64,000 nucleotides of DNA from a virus. The notes under the pieces were generated by a model, which was given only the letters and a program-made list of their open reading frames with translations, was not told the origin of the DNA and ran no database searches. Positions 30,774-41,264 of this stretch are shown piece after piece. Position 1 is the stretch's first letter. Each line of letters opens with the position of its first letter. The stretch spans positions 45,079 to 109,078 of the IMG/VR virus record IMGVR_UViG_3300034418_006779; one strand, written 5' to 3'. Made by a program: the position numbers and the translations under genes.

Positions 30774-31856
30774 TTACCTTGATGTCAAAGTCTGGCGGTC
30801 ATAGCCAGCTCGAGTCGGAACAACAATGAGGCTATCGTTAGATATCTGTAAGCTAACCTCAACGAACATTCCGTTTGCTTCGATGATCTGTTTCTGATCT
30901 TCTTGAGCAAGAATTCTCTCGAGACGGTATGTGTTCACCTTATGGGTTATAAGGCTCTCCTGAAGGGTCTCGTTCATTTCAGAAATAACTTGATAATCTC
31001 TCTGGAAATTTTGAAGGGTTTGAGTAGCTTCCCGGGTTTGCCGGTTAGCATCACGAACCTGAGACTGTGAAGCATTCAGGTCAACCTGAAGCTGATAGTT
31101 CTCTTCTTCCAGGTTATCAATGATACCAATTTGGTCACTAATAACGGCAGAGTCCTGAGCAATGATGTCTTTTTGGGACAGGATGACGCTGTCTTTGACA
31201 ATCATCCGCTCATTAAAGTCATTCTGAAGCCGGTCGATCTCTTCGTCCATTTGCTCTTGCATTGTGGCGCTAAGAGCTCTCAGACTACTTTTGAGTTGAA
31301 CCTGAAGAACCAGGAACAGGGCGATGGCAATAACGCCAGCAGGGATTAACCGGGCACCAATACTGTTCACATTGATCTTGGGAGACCAATTAGCCAGGTT
31401 TGGCTTCCAGGTAGTGGGCCAGGTCCACAGAGAGAAATTCATAGAGTTCTTCACTCCGGCAACGATAGGATCATCGTCTGCTTCCTCTGGAGGTCCGTTA
31501 CGACCATTCAAGCTACCGTCCTCTTTGCGAGCCATAGGGATCCCCCCTACTTTGCTGTCAGGATGAGGCTTCTGGTTCTCAGCTTCCTCTTTCTCCTTAG
31601 CTTCTTTCGCAGCAGCGATCTCGTCCTTCATGGACTCAGCTACATCGGTGGCGGTTGCCATGTTTTTCTGGATCTTATCCAGGTTGGTCTGAACCTTTTT
31701 GCGGCTTTCAGCCATTGCTTTCTCAGTGGCCTCCTTATCTCGCTTCTCACGAGCTGCAGTTTCAGCAGCTACCTTCTCTGCAGCTTCCTTAGCGATACGA
31801 GCGGCTTTTTGTTCCTGAGTTTCTTTGGGGTTGTTTTTTAATTTGTTGTCTGCCAT
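30774..31856 (-). CDS. Membrane-anchored coiled-coil protein
   Basis: Charged N-terminal helix, central TM segment (LIPAGVIAIALFLVL), long heptad region. Confidence 0.7.
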   Translation of the reverse strand: MADNKLKNNPKETQEQKAARIAKEAAEKVAAETAAREKRDKEATEKAMAESRKKVQTNLDKIQKNMATATDVAESMKDEIAAAKEAKEKEEAENQKPHPDSKVGGIPMARKEDGSLNGRNGPPEEADDDPIVAGVKNSMNFSLWTWPTTWKPNLANWSPKINVNSIGARLIPAGVIAIALFLVLQVQLKSSLRALSATMQEQMDEEIDRLQNDFNERMIVKDSVILSQKDIIAQDSAVISDQIGIIDNLEEENYQLQVDLNASQSQVRDANRQTREATQTLQNFQRDYQVISEMNETLQESLITHKVNTYRLERILAQEDQKQIIEANGMFVEVSLQISNDSLIVVPTRAGYDRQTLTSR

Positions 31857-31864
31857 TTGGCTTC

Positions 31865-33028
31865 CTATTGAATATTGAAATAATTAATAGTTGTGCGTTG
31901 AAAGGCTTGGATGGCCTTCCTAAACCAAACTTCATCTTGAGTACCCTTGCTCACAAAAATGTAAACATTGGCCTCTTGGTCTCCGTCCTTACGGACAGCG
32001 CGACCTACGCGTTGAGTCAGATTTAATTTCTTAGAATCTAAACTCATTACAACAATAGTTTTGAGATGTGGTAGATTAGCGCCCTCATTGAGGCCGTCTA
32101 CCACTGCTAGTCTTTTTGACTCCCCAGAACAGAACGCGTCGAGATCACTTGAATCTTTCTTCTTGGAATGGAACGTACCCATATCAAGTTGATTGATTGC
32201 GTCTATGCGTTTCCCATAAACTAATACGGGTTCATCGTCGGGGAGAGTGAGTAAAAATTTCTTCGCGGCTCGAATCTTAGATGGTAGATTATATATGAAG
32301 TTTGATCGTCTTCCTATCTTACCAAACCAGAGTTGTTTCTTTTTCTCTGTTGGATCCGAGAAATATACATGTTTATATTTTTCTACTTCCTTAGTGTAAT
32401 ACTCATACTGACGCTTTTCAGTAGTCCAGAAATGATGGTCTTTAGTCTTTACCTCTATGTCTTTTGTTTCATCTTCTAGAGATGTGTAACAGACATGGAT
32501 ATTAACCTTCTTCACTATTTCATCGTCAATAGCGTCTTCAATAGAATAAGTGAATCTAATAGGAGCAAGTCGTTGAATTAATTCAGCTTTAACTTCATCT
32601 TCAGGGAACGTAGCAGTCACGCATACTAACCTCTTGATATCGTTATTAAAAATGAATTGAATATTGTTCTCTGTAATATGATGACACTCATCAAATATAC
32701 ACAGATCAAACTCTTCTCCTCTAAGCTTAGTTAGAGAACTATAACATATGAATGTTGTATTCTCTTTCTCATCTTTTGCTTTCCATTTATCAAATTCAGC
32801 TGGAGCATCTACATCTCTAAGGCGTTCTGTCGGAGTAACCCATAATACTCTAGGAGTACCTTCTAAGTACTTACCCAATGCCTTGATCGTGTCGATCGCA
32901 ACTTTGGTTTTCCCCGTTCCAGTACCCATGAGTAGGGTTCCCGACAGAACATCCTTATCTTTGTCAAGCAAGGAGCCAACCGCGTCCTTTTGGACTAAGT
33001 CGATTACTTGCTTCTGTTGTTCTTCCAA
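31865..33028 (-). CDS. Superfamily 2 helicase
   Basis: GTGTGKT, DECH, TAT, EGANLP and QRVGRAVR motifs. Confidence 0.92.
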   Translation of the reverse strand: MEEQQKQVIDLVQKDAVGSLLDKDKDVLSGTLLMGTGTGKTKVAIDTIKALGKYLEGTPRVLWVTPTERLRDVDAPAEFDKWKAKDEKENTTFICYSSLTKLRGEEFDLCIFDECHHITENNIQFIFNNDIKRLVCVTATFPEDEVKAELIQRLAPIRFTYSIEDAIDDEIVKKVNIHVCYTSLEDETKDIEVKTKDHHFWTTEKRQYEYYTKEVEKYKHVYFSDPTEKKKQLWFGKIGRRSNFIYNLPSKIRAAKKFLLTLPDDEPVLVYGKRIDAINQLDMGTFHSKKKDSSDLDAFCSGESKRLAVVDGLNEGANLPHLKTIVVMSLDSKKLNLTQRVGRAVRKDGDQEANVYIFVSKGTQDEVWFRKAIQAFQRTTINYFNIQ

Positions 33029-33603
33029 AAGATTTCTAAATCTTCATCACGGTCCTTCCTTGTCTTAATCTGATAATCAATATCGCGAATAAGATCCTCT
33101 TTGCTGTAATCATCAGGTGTTTGCCTAATACGACCGCTAAGAGCTCTCTTAAACTCACTAAGAGCTTGAGGGAAAGGTGACCTCGGTTTGCTTTTGTATG
33201 TACCTTCGAGATGGTAGGATACATAGTCTGCCACATACTGGTTGAATCTAGGAAATTGCTTTTCCAGATAACCGAAGTTAGTGTCAAATTCGGTATGGTG
33301 ACTAAGAGTGTATAAAACATCTCCAAGATTCACAGCTCTGTTTCCTACTGTTTTATCAAAGGTAAATTCCGTTACGTGGGGCAAGGCCCAAGATATCACT
33401 GCTGCCATCCACTTTGAACCAACTCTCCATTTAGCTCTCGCCACATTATCCATTTCGGCCCCTTTATACCTAGATGGATTTTTCTGAAAGTGTTTCCTGT
33501 CATCTTTGGCTTGTTTGATTAAGTCCTCGGTTGAGTACTTAGCCATCCAATCCTCAATGTCAGGGTATGACTTCTGCTTTTTAGTGATGTAGAGCAAAGG
33601 CAA
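33004..33603 (-). CDS. Hypothetical protein
   Basis: About 200-aa ORF; start uncertain. Confidence 0.6.
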   Translation of the reverse strand: MPLLYITKKQKSYPDIEDWMAKYSTEDLIKQAKDDRKHFQKNPSRYKGAEMDNVARAKWRVGSKWMAAVISWALPHVTEFTFDKTVGNRAVNLGDVLYTLSHHTEFDTNFGYLEKQFPRFNQYVADYVSYHLEGTYKSKPRSPFPQALSEFKRALSGRIRQTPDDYSKEDLIRDIDYQIKTRKDRDEDLEIFWKNNRSK

Positions 33604-33647
33604 CAGAATCTCAAGATCATCTTGAACTTCCGACGTTATAGGCGGAG

Positions 33648-34547
33648 TTAGATTACTCCCCCCTTCGGTCGATTCTTCACCTTGCCCGTCTTCTTTCCCG
33701 AGCCACTTCCTCCACCGCCTGAATTACCACCTCCAGATCCACCAGAGTTAGGTCGTTTTTTAGGTTTCTTAGTTCCGCCACCTCCTTTACTAGAGGAAGC
33801 AGACGCATTTTTTACAAGCAGTAATACATCACTATTCTGTAACAATAGGATGATTAGAAGTGCGTAATGGAATACCACACTACCGAACGGAGCCGGTAAA
33901 AACGGGTTTGCGGATAGAACATCAACCCAACAATTCGTGTTGAGCCACCATCCACATTTTTCAGCAGCTTCGACAACAAGAGTTGCTCCATTGGGGAATA
34001 GCATTCCCGTATACTGGTCTACTCCTGTTGCCATCGATGAAATCAAATTGAACAAGGTCCATGGACCTTTATAGGTGAATAGTCCAGCTACAATCACCGC
34101 TATAAATAACGAGGACAGCCGGATGAACCCAACAATCTGATTTTGTTTATTCTTTTTGTCAATTTTCTGACCCAACTCAATCATCTGCCTAATAATTGAG
34201 AAGAAAGCGATGGAGAAAAAGATACAAGCAAATGCCTGTGTCGAGTGAACTCCAACTCTAATCAAACTAGGTACGCCAAAGTGACTTCCTAGATAGGCAG
34301 CATACAGGGCTTCGAAGAAGAACATCGCAAAGACGACTACCTCGACCCAGTATTTTAGGTAGGTGGCGAAATTGACATGAATCCGAACTACTGTTGGATC
34401 CTTTTTCTTTTTCTCGTCACTCATTGTTTGTTTTCTTACTTCTTCACTTTTTAGCCGAGCTATTTGTTCGGCCTGTACCAGATCCATCGACACTGTCGTT
34501 AGGTCGATTAGACGATCCGTCAGGTCTTTTGGGGTTATCTGGGTCAT
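33648..34547 (-). CDS. Multi-pass membrane protein with Gly/Lys-rich tail
   Basis: About four hydrophobic segments and a GGSGGG/K-rich C-terminus; true start may be MSDEKK. Confidence 0.7.
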   Translation of the reverse strand: MTQITPKDLTDRLIDLTTVSMDLVQAEQIARLKSEEVRKQTMSDEKKKKDPTVVRIHVNFATYLKYWVEVVVFAMFFFEALYAAYLGSHFGVPSLIRVGVHSTQAFACIFFSIAFFSIIRQMIELGQKIDKKNKQNQIVGFIRLSSLFIAVIVAGLFTYKGPWTLFNLISSMATGVDQYTGMLFPNGATLVVEAAEKCGWWLNTNCWVDVLSANPFLPAPFGSVVFHYALLIILLLQNSDVLLLVKNASASSSKGGGGTKKPKKRPNSGGSGGGNSGGGGSGSGKKTGKVKNRPKGGVI

Positions 34548-34887
34548 GAATTAAAAATTGTAAATGTCTTCCTTGTAATGAGGGCCCATAGCACTCACAT
34601 TTGATTCGCAAACTTACAACCTCACCGTTCGTTCCCTCCATCTCCACAAGCGCAACACACATGGGGTTGGGAGTATCCGGCTTAGCATTCGGATCCAGGG
34701 GCGTTACATTCTTGACAACCCATTTGTTATCAATAGAAATGTCCAAAGTCTTGGCCCCTAAGATAGGACCTTGTTGCCTGCCTTGAACCGTCTGGTTTTG
34801 GGCAGAACTCATCGGGCTTCCCCAGTCATCGCAAGAACCGAAGAAAAAGAAGCTCAAGATGAGTGCTATCGTTAATGCTCTCTTCAT
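34444..34887 (-). CDS. Putative lipoprotein
   Basis: MKRALTIALILSFFFFGS-C signal peptide and lipobox. Confidence 0.65.
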   Translation of the reverse strand: MKRALTIALILSFFFFGSCDDWGSPMSSAQNQTVQGRQQGPILGAKTLDISIDNKWVVKNVTPLDPNAKPDTPNPMCVALVEMEGTNGEVVSLRIKCECYGPSLQGRHLQFLIHDPDNPKRPDGSSNRPNDSVDGSGTGRTNSSAKK

Positions 34888-37800
34888 TAGAATAAATCGT
34901 TAAAAGATTCAACGGACTGAATAAGTTTGTTAGCCTCTTTAATGTAGTAATCATAATTGATCTCTACGTCTTCTAACTTCTCATCAGTAATAAGATTGAA
35001 ATCCGATAAAAGATTTCCTACATAGACTCCTATCTTACGTCCATCGGTGAACCGCTTATACATCGGCACTCCTGATTTCGATACGATTAGCCTATTGATC
35101 CGCTGCAGAGGGGAATCCTCACCATCTAATTCGTGGCAAAGCATGGACGTTTTTTTACACCTAACGAATACGAAGAAGTCTTCGACTTTATCGTGGTTCC
35201 GTATAGTGACTTCGACCGGCGTGCCATTCTGCACATACTCTTGTACGGCAATGGGCACAACGCGTTTGCTGTGGTCTTTATTTATCCATTTATTAACCTC
35301 GAACGCACCCTTTTGTTTAAGCTTTCCAGACGTCGTGATCGCACAGTAATTATTTACGTTTGCTACAAACATCTTTCTATATGTTTCATACTCAAGGGTA
35401 AGGTTGGTGAGAGACTCCCACTCCTCGCAGATCTTGATGATGGCGTCGTAATCGACTTTCGAGATTATACACTCGAGACCATCAGTGTTGGCCATGATGA
35501 CCTGGGCTCCTGCTTTTGTAAGCTTTTCAGCTAACATGGCTAAGAGCAACTGCCCATTAATGGTAATGGACATTGTAAATTGGCGGTCATATAGGAATGA
35601 CCATTTGTCGTTGGATTTACCGTAACAGCATAATCACATATTTCTATGTGGGCTGGACTATATCATCATCCCATAGGGATGGAGGACGCTCTAGCTGGTT
35701 ATTAAGAACACTATAGTTCTCCAGTAGTCTCTGCACGTTCCTGAAGTGTACCTCAGGCTTCGCTCAGGATTGCCATACCTTTCGGCTTAGGTTTCCCTGA
35801 ATTCATCCTCTGCTAACTCAACTATTACTAGCTGAGAGGGCTTACTGAAAATAGTAATCCTTTGTAAGGTTTTCCAGTTTTAGTTGCTTTATTCACATTA
35901 GGCGCACGTAAAATATGAGCAGGTAATCCGTTTCTCCCGTTAGGGTTTCGAAGAATCATGTGATCAATTAATTCAAACGATTTTTTCAAGGATTGTCGCT
36001 CAAGCTCTGCCGCAGAAGTATACTTACCAAGTAGAGTTTTAGATTGGTTATACACATAAACATCAGGCACTCTAGCTGAGAATGCTTTTTGTCTTTGTTT
36101 ACGTCCTTTCTGACTAATCTTTCTTGTTTTCGCTGCCGCAGAAAGCTTTTTATTATGCGCTTTCGACATTTTCTTTCCTGTATTCCATACGGGTTTCAAC
36201 CACTTAGAAACCTGCTTTTGGTATTTTTCGGGAACGTCTTTTAATCTAAGTTTAGACGCCTTCACTTGTTTAAAGTATTTTCGAGCTTTCTTGTTGAATT
36301 CTCGAAGACTTTTACCTCTATCTTGTAATTGCTTAGAGGTTAAATGAATAGAATCTGTCGCTAATGGATTAATATTAAATAACATATTCCAATCTCTAGA
36401 ATCAATATACTTTTGCTCGATAGCAAGACATTGATTCTTTGGAACACGTTGTAAAATACTAAATTCAAAGGCTTCATAACCATATTTATCAAAAGCATTC
36501 TGAAGATGCTTATTCTTATGAGTTTTATTCTCTAACGATAAAAAATGATGATAGATCCTTTTTGCAAAACTAACTCTGGTAGACCCTATGTAGGATTTAC
36601 CATTCTCTTTGCACTTTATCTCATATATTCCTGTATTCATAATAATCATAATTTAATATAATATACTATAAACCACAGTTAAATACAATAAAGATTGCTG
36701 ATTTGTGCAAAATCAAACCGAGTTTAACGCAAGCTTGTACGCCCCGTTTCTCGGATCACTTTTGGGAATAGACTTCCGTAGCTTATACAAGTCCTCGTAT
36801 ACATCACAGAACTTCTCTGAGAGATGCTCGGGAAATAAACGATTTTTGATTGCTAGGTTCGGGTAGTATGAACTTCATACCTGTTAATCTTCAGTTTCCT
36901 GAAGTGTCGGACTATATCTTTAGTTCTTTCTTCCAAATAAATTGCCTATAATGAGGTTTATACCCATTGCAAGCATTATATATGCTGGAAGCAGTAAAAG
37001 TTGGATTTTTTTCTAGAATATCCTTCATAGAAGGATAAGTATTTAACAAAGTACCTGATGAATCATATTGATGAAAAATGTATTTCTCTTTACTTTTTGA
37101 AAGTTTTCTCTTCATTACTTCTTTTTTTTCTGGGTTGTCTTCCCAGAATTTCTTGAAGAATTTAGATACTTTTTCTCTTTCTTTTGGGTCAGAAAAACGA
37201 CGTTTGCCACTTTCAGATAGAAGGTCTCTAGTTTCTTGAGCAGGCATTAATCCTCCTTCAGAATCTAGTCTAAGATTATAACCATGCTTTCTGTCTAAAG
37301 AATTAAAACACTTCATCCAATATAGTTCTCTTTTAGAGAGATCATCATATTCTGCGTATTCAATAACGAAATATTCAAAATTAGACTCTCCATGCTTATG
37401 CCAAGAATTGATTAGATAACGATTCTCATCCTTAGATTTCCTATTTAAAGATGATTTATGAGCTTGTATTCTTCTATAGACATCTACAGATTTACCAATA
37501 TATACTTTATTAGTTATTTTATTTCTGATACAGTAAATACCAGATTTTTCCTTGTGTTGTAATTGAGCTTTCATACCTTAATATAAGGTATTATTCTCAT
37601 AGTTACAACTTATTACCCAACTAATTGAACTACCGGACGCTTTTTCACACAAGCATTACCATGTGCTACTTCCTGTTATTAAGCCATATCGCTATAGCTC
37701 AGGTAGTCTCTGAACGTTCCCGCTCTGCGGGCTTCGCTGCTGATTGCCTTATTTTATAACTTAGGTTTCCAGCAATTCATCCGGTTAGGACGCAAGTTCG

Positions 37801-38773
37801 TTTTTACGTCCACACTTAGGATCATCTGGTGATCTTCTGGTTCATGAGTTCCAGCCACAACAGCGTGTAATCCGCCGAGGGCAAAAGTATAAACCATACC
37901 GCCAAATGCTTGGTCGATAGAGACTTTATCTTTCGGCCCTAACAACATCTCTCGATATTGATCAAGGACTCCCTGAAACTCTGGCGCATCGAATTCTACG
38001 TAATCCAGAATTATATCATTCACGATGATTTGATCTCGCTCCGTTTTCCACTGACGTAGAACAGAAGGAGGGAGATTTAATGCTTTCGACATGTAGTCGA
38101 GGAAAATCCGTTCCCCGATTGAGGAATTTGACGCATTGAGGAAGTTATAATGGTATTCCTCCATTAGTACCTCACGCAACTCAATCATAGCTTGTGTATC
38201 TTCCTGTACCTCAGGCTTTTTAAACCAGAGGAATTTTTTTGTAGCGTTGACATCATTCCAACAGTACTCAATTAAGTCGTTGGCCTCCTGCTCAGAAACA
38301 AATTGACCGGGGTCAATCGGAAGCTCCTGAATATTGTGGAAGCCAATCGCAGCCTCAACGGCTTTGAGTGACATCGATCTAGCTCTGTTGTTAAAATGCC
38401 ATAATCTCCATAGGTCCAAGGAATAGAATACGCGATCAGCATCGGAAACCTTCCTAACTTCATTATTAATAATTCGGTCAGATAGTTCCTTCAACGTCGA
38501 GCAAAATTCTTTTGGAGAACTACCCATAAGATCTAACGCCTTGTGGAGAATAATATCATCGTAACCGACGCTATTAAAGCCCACAAAGAAATTGTCTTCA
38601 GCTAAAAATTTCAGCAGTTCAAGAATTTCGTCAATAGGTTCATTTTCATCAAAAGGATCGTACCAAACAGTAAACTGCCGGGTGTCCTCTAACGACTCCT
38701 CTGCCCTAACAAAGTTAGCACAGAAGAAATTATGATATACTTCTATATCATAAACCCACTGAGTTAGGTCCAT
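34887..38773 (-). CDS. Family B DNA polymerase, three exons (37806-38773, 36717-36875, 34887-35625), about 621 aa spliced
   Basis: Exo motifs YDIEVY, GFNSVGYD, YCWNDV. Splicing restores DVSSYYPN (motif A) and KLALNSVYGKSN (motif B); NTDG is motif C. Exons sum to 1866 nt, in frame. Confidence 0.92.
35626..36716 (-). mobile_element. Group I intron 2 in polB
   Basis: P AATTCAGGGAAA, Q AATCCTGAGC, R GTGCAGAGACTAC, S ATGATATAGTCC. The IGS GTTGAGTT downstream of the ORF pairs with exon AACTCGGT; terminal G. Confidence 0.88.
35828..36649 (-). CDS. GIY-YIG homing endonuclease (intron 2, in L1)
   Basis: TGIYEI...SYIGST...RIYHH...EQKYID; NUMOD3-like PVWNTGKKMSKAH. Confidence 0.92.
   Translation of the reverse strand: MIIMNTGIYEIKCKENGKSYIGSTRVSFAKRIYHHFLSLENKTHKNKHLQNAFDKYGYEAFEFSILQRVPKNQCLAIEQKYIDSRDWNMLFNINPLATDSIHLTSKQLQDRGKSLREFNKKARKYFKQVKASKLRLKDVPEKYQKQVSKWLKPVWNTGKKMSKAHNKKLSAAAKTRKISQKGRKQRQKAFSARVPDVYVYNQSKTLLGKYTSAAELERQSLKKSFELIDHMILRNPNGRNGLPAHILRAPNVNKATKTGKPYKGLLFSVSPLS
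36876..37805 (-). mobile_element. Group I intron 1 in polB
   Basis: P1 GGACGU/GCGUCC with U.G at the 5' splice site; P AATTGCTGGAAA, Q AATCAGCAG, R GTTCAGAGACTAC, S AAGATATAGTCC; terminal G. Confidence 0.9.
36912..37574 (-). CDS. GIY-YIG homing endonuclease (intron 1, in L8)
   Basis: SGIYCI...KVYIGKS...R...H...E and GYN motifs; NUMOD-like C-terminus; stop codon overlaps the S element. Confidence 0.92.
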   Translation of the reverse strand: MKAQLQHKEKSGIYCIRNKITNKVYIGKSVDVYRRIQAHKSSLNRKSKDENRYLINSWHKHGESNFEYFVIEYAEYDDLSKRELYWMKCFNSLDRKHGYNLRLDSEGGLMPAQETRDLLSESGKRRFSDPKEREKVSKFFKKFWEDNPEKKEVMKRKLSKSKEKYIFHQYDSSGTLLNTYPSMKDILEKNPTFTASSIYNACNGYKPHYRQFIWKKELKI

Positions 38774-39111
38774 AGTTGATGAAGTTCGTTAACTGATAGA
38801 GCCCATACGGGCCTTGATTTATTACGCTTAAAGGCTTCCCATGTCTGAAGCAATTTCTTGCCTGCATCAGTGATGCGAAATGGGCCTTGGTTCGTGGAAT
38901 AATAATTCTCTTCCATGAACCCCTTCTGAAGAAGGTCTTTCACACATTTGGTGATAGTCCTATCATAGGACGAACCACCAAATAAGACGCGATACCCTTG
39001 CTTCTCTGGCTCAGCTTGGAACAAAAGAAGAGTTCTTAAGTGCCTAGCGGCGAGCTTTCGATGCTTGAGTCGCGACAGGAACAATTTATATGATGACATG
39101 ATTAGATACAA
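38764..39111 (-). CDS. Putative winged-helix protein
   Basis: LLQKGFM...FRITDAGKKLL wing pattern. Confidence 0.5.
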   Translation of the reverse strand: MYLIMSSYKLFLSRLKHRKLAARHLRTLLLFQAEPEKQGYRVLFGGSSYDRTITKCVKDLLQKGFMEENYYSTNQGPFRITDAGKKLLQTWEAFKRNKSRPVWALSVNELHQLWT

Positions 39112-39151
39112 ATAAGAAAGGACTGCCAGAGACAGTCCTTAGGTTATTTTT

Positions 39152-39733
39152 CTATGCAGCTCTGGCACGGTTTTGAACCCATTTGCCTAGCTGTATAATG
39201 CGGTCTCCAGTTTTAACCACCAGTGACCTGATTTTGTTATCAGGTTCGGGGGGAAGAGGTTCTTCGATTTGGACTCGTCGAACCGGCCTTGGTCTGGGAA
39301 CTACCGCAACAGGCCCAACATCTGATGAGGGCCGCTCTTTCTTTCGTTTTCGAACTACTGTATCGAAAGACTCAATGCCCATATCCGCTGTGGGATCAAG
39401 AAGGGTATCGAAGTTCTTTCCAGTAAGTTCAAGGATGGCATCCTTAATGCCGTTGAAGGCAATCGTATCGTGCTTGGTCTTCGGTGGATGCTCAGGGAGC
39501 AGTTCTACCACTGCTGTAATACAATTCTCTATTTCAACGACATCTCTGTCGTCCTCCATTAAGTCAAGTTGATCATTGAAGAAATGAAGGACAACTTCAT
39601 AAGCACGAAACACTTTGGGTTGATTCAAGACCTTAGTCTTGTAATCTCTCTCAATGCGTTGAAATTCCTTGAACTCCTCAGGAGACATAGTCTCTCGATA
39701 AGGATCGAAATATGGTTGCTTATTCATGATCAA
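39152..39733 (-). CDS. Hypothetical protein (C-terminal AA)
   Basis: 193-aa ORF followed by a hairpin at about 39119-39140. Confidence 0.65.
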   Translation of the reverse strand: MIMNKQPYFDPYRETMSPEEFKEFQRIERDYKTKVLNQPKVFRAYEVVLHFFNDQLDLMEDDRDVVEIENCITAVVELLPEHPPKTKHDTIAFNGIKDAILELTGKNFDTLLDPTADMGIESFDTVVRKRKKERPSSDVGPVAVVPRPRPVRRVQIEEPLPPEPDNKIRSLVVKTGDRIIQLGKWVQNRARAA

Positions 39734-39750
39734 TAATTAAAGTATAAGGT

Positions 39751-40011
39751 TTAGTCCTCTTCTACAGGAACCCCCTTGTCTTTACACACCTTTTTGTACT
39801 CTGCATAAAACTTTTCTTGCACCTTTTCAGGAGCATAATCGTCCAGTTCATGTTTTTCCATTAAGTCCATGTAGATACCACAACGAAGCAGATTTTCATA
39901 TTTTTTCTTCTCTACTACGTGGTAATTAGGGGCTTCAAAATTCTCATTATAGAAGTCAATGAGTTCTTGTATTCCCTCTGCGAAATCATGTTCTTGCTTT
40001 TTCTTAGCCAT
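39751..40011 (-). CDS. Hypothetical protein
   Basis: 86-aa ORF. Confidence 0.6.
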   Translation of the reverse strand: MAKKKQEHDFAEGIQELIDFYNENFEAPNYHVVEKKKYENLLRCGIYMDLMEKHELDDYAPEKVQEKFYAEYKKVCKDKGVPVEED

Positions 40012-40017
40012 AATTTG

Positions 40018-40392
40018 TTAGATTTGTATTTGGAACAGCTCGTCGTCAATGACTTCCAATACGTCAGAATAATTCTTTTGTAGGTTGCTTAATTCTTTTT
40101 CGTATTTCTTTTTTCTGAGCTGTAGTTGTTCAATTCTTTTATTATATTCGGAATCAGTTTCTAATCTCTTGGTTGTTATAATAAGGTTGGCATCATCGAT
40201 ATCATAGTCATCCATGAAATAATCATATTCAACGTCTATTTCACACGACGTATCTTCACCATGTTTTTCAATCAACTCATTAATGTAATCTCTGAAGCTT
40301 CGTAAAGTCCAGTCACCAATAATAGAAACCGAGATTTCCTCGTCAATGTAAATTTTTTCAGTCATAGTTATATAAATAAACCCCCAAGACAC
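40018..40392 (-). CDS. Hypothetical acidic protein
   Basis: Probable start MTEKI. Confidence 0.6.
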   Translation of the reverse strand: MSWGFIYITMTEKIYIDEEISVSIIGDWTLRSFRDYINELIEKHGEDTSCEIDVEYDYFMDDYDIDDANLIITTKRLETDSEYNKRIEQLQLRKKKYEKELSNLQKNYSDVLEVIDDELFQIQI

Positions 40393-40422
40393 ATTACATG
40401 CCTTGAGGGTGTTTTTTATTTC

Positions 40423-41121
40423 TTATTTTTCTGCTATGGGGTTTTGAGGGTTAATATCATCAATGAATACATACTTTCCGCTGTTGGGATCAACAGGTTC
40501 ATACTTCAACGTTTCTTCGTTGAACTCGTGGATCTCATAATGAAGATGTGTAGCTGTCGAGGAAGTCCCCGTACTGCCTATAATACCAAATACTTCAGCT
40601 GCGTTGATGAAATCACCGCGCTTAATCGCTTTCGTCTTACCTGTCGTAGTGGATGGGTTATAACGTAAGTGCATGTACTTGATAATTATGTTGTGTTCTT
40701 CATTGTGTATTGCAACTGTCCAACCACTTTTCTTGTAGTATTTTACAGAAATGATCTTACCGTCTGTTGACGATCGGATTGGGTTCAGTTTATTGGTACT
40801 ACCAAAATCTAAACCTTCGTGATTTCTTCTGACTTTATATACAGGGTGGACCTGTAAGCCAAAGGGACGAGTTGTATATGCTTTATCCACCTCTTTCAAT
40901 GGGTGAATAATAATTCGACTTTTCAGTTCAGCTAACTCAAGACGTTCCATCTTTACACTGTCTTTCAACGCTTCGATTTCTTGGTTAGCTTGGGCAGTTT
41001 GCTGTTGATATTCAGCTTTCACCTGCTCAAGTGCTTCCTCGTATTGACTACTATTCCAGTAGAATACGCCTCCAACACTTGAACTCAGGAGTAAGCTAAT
41101 ACTCAGAACAAGTGCTTTCAT
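40423..41121 (-). CDS. M23-family peptidase with N-terminal anchor and coiled coil
   Basis: HEGLD, YMHL and G.IGSTG.S.A.HLHYE motifs. Confidence 0.9.
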   Translation of the reverse strand: MKALVLSISLLLSSSVGGVFYWNSSQYEEALEQVKAEYQQQTAQANQEIEALKDSVKMERLELAELKSRIIIHPLKEVDKAYTTRPFGLQVHPVYKVRRNHEGLDFGSTNKLNPIRSSTDGKIISVKYYKKSGWTVAIHNEEHNIIIKYMHLRYNPSTTTGKTKAIKRGDFINAAEVFGIIGSTGTSSTATHLHYEIHEFNEETLKYEPVDPNSGKYVFIDDINPQNPIAEK

Positions 41122-41264
41122 ATGTATGATTTGTGCTACTCTGAACGTCCAGAGCGCGGGGTTGGAGGAACTACCTACTGAGGTAGGTAACTAGCTGTTC
41201 GGTAATTCCCGAACACGATTCTGTGTTCATTTGTTTAACGACTGAGAACGTTTCAGTCGACCGC

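Noticed and set aside
37754-37805. C-terminal KTNLRPNRMNCWKPKL of the first polB ORF, and polB as a pseudogene or split protein
   Set aside because: This is read-through into intron 1; splicing restores a full polymerase.
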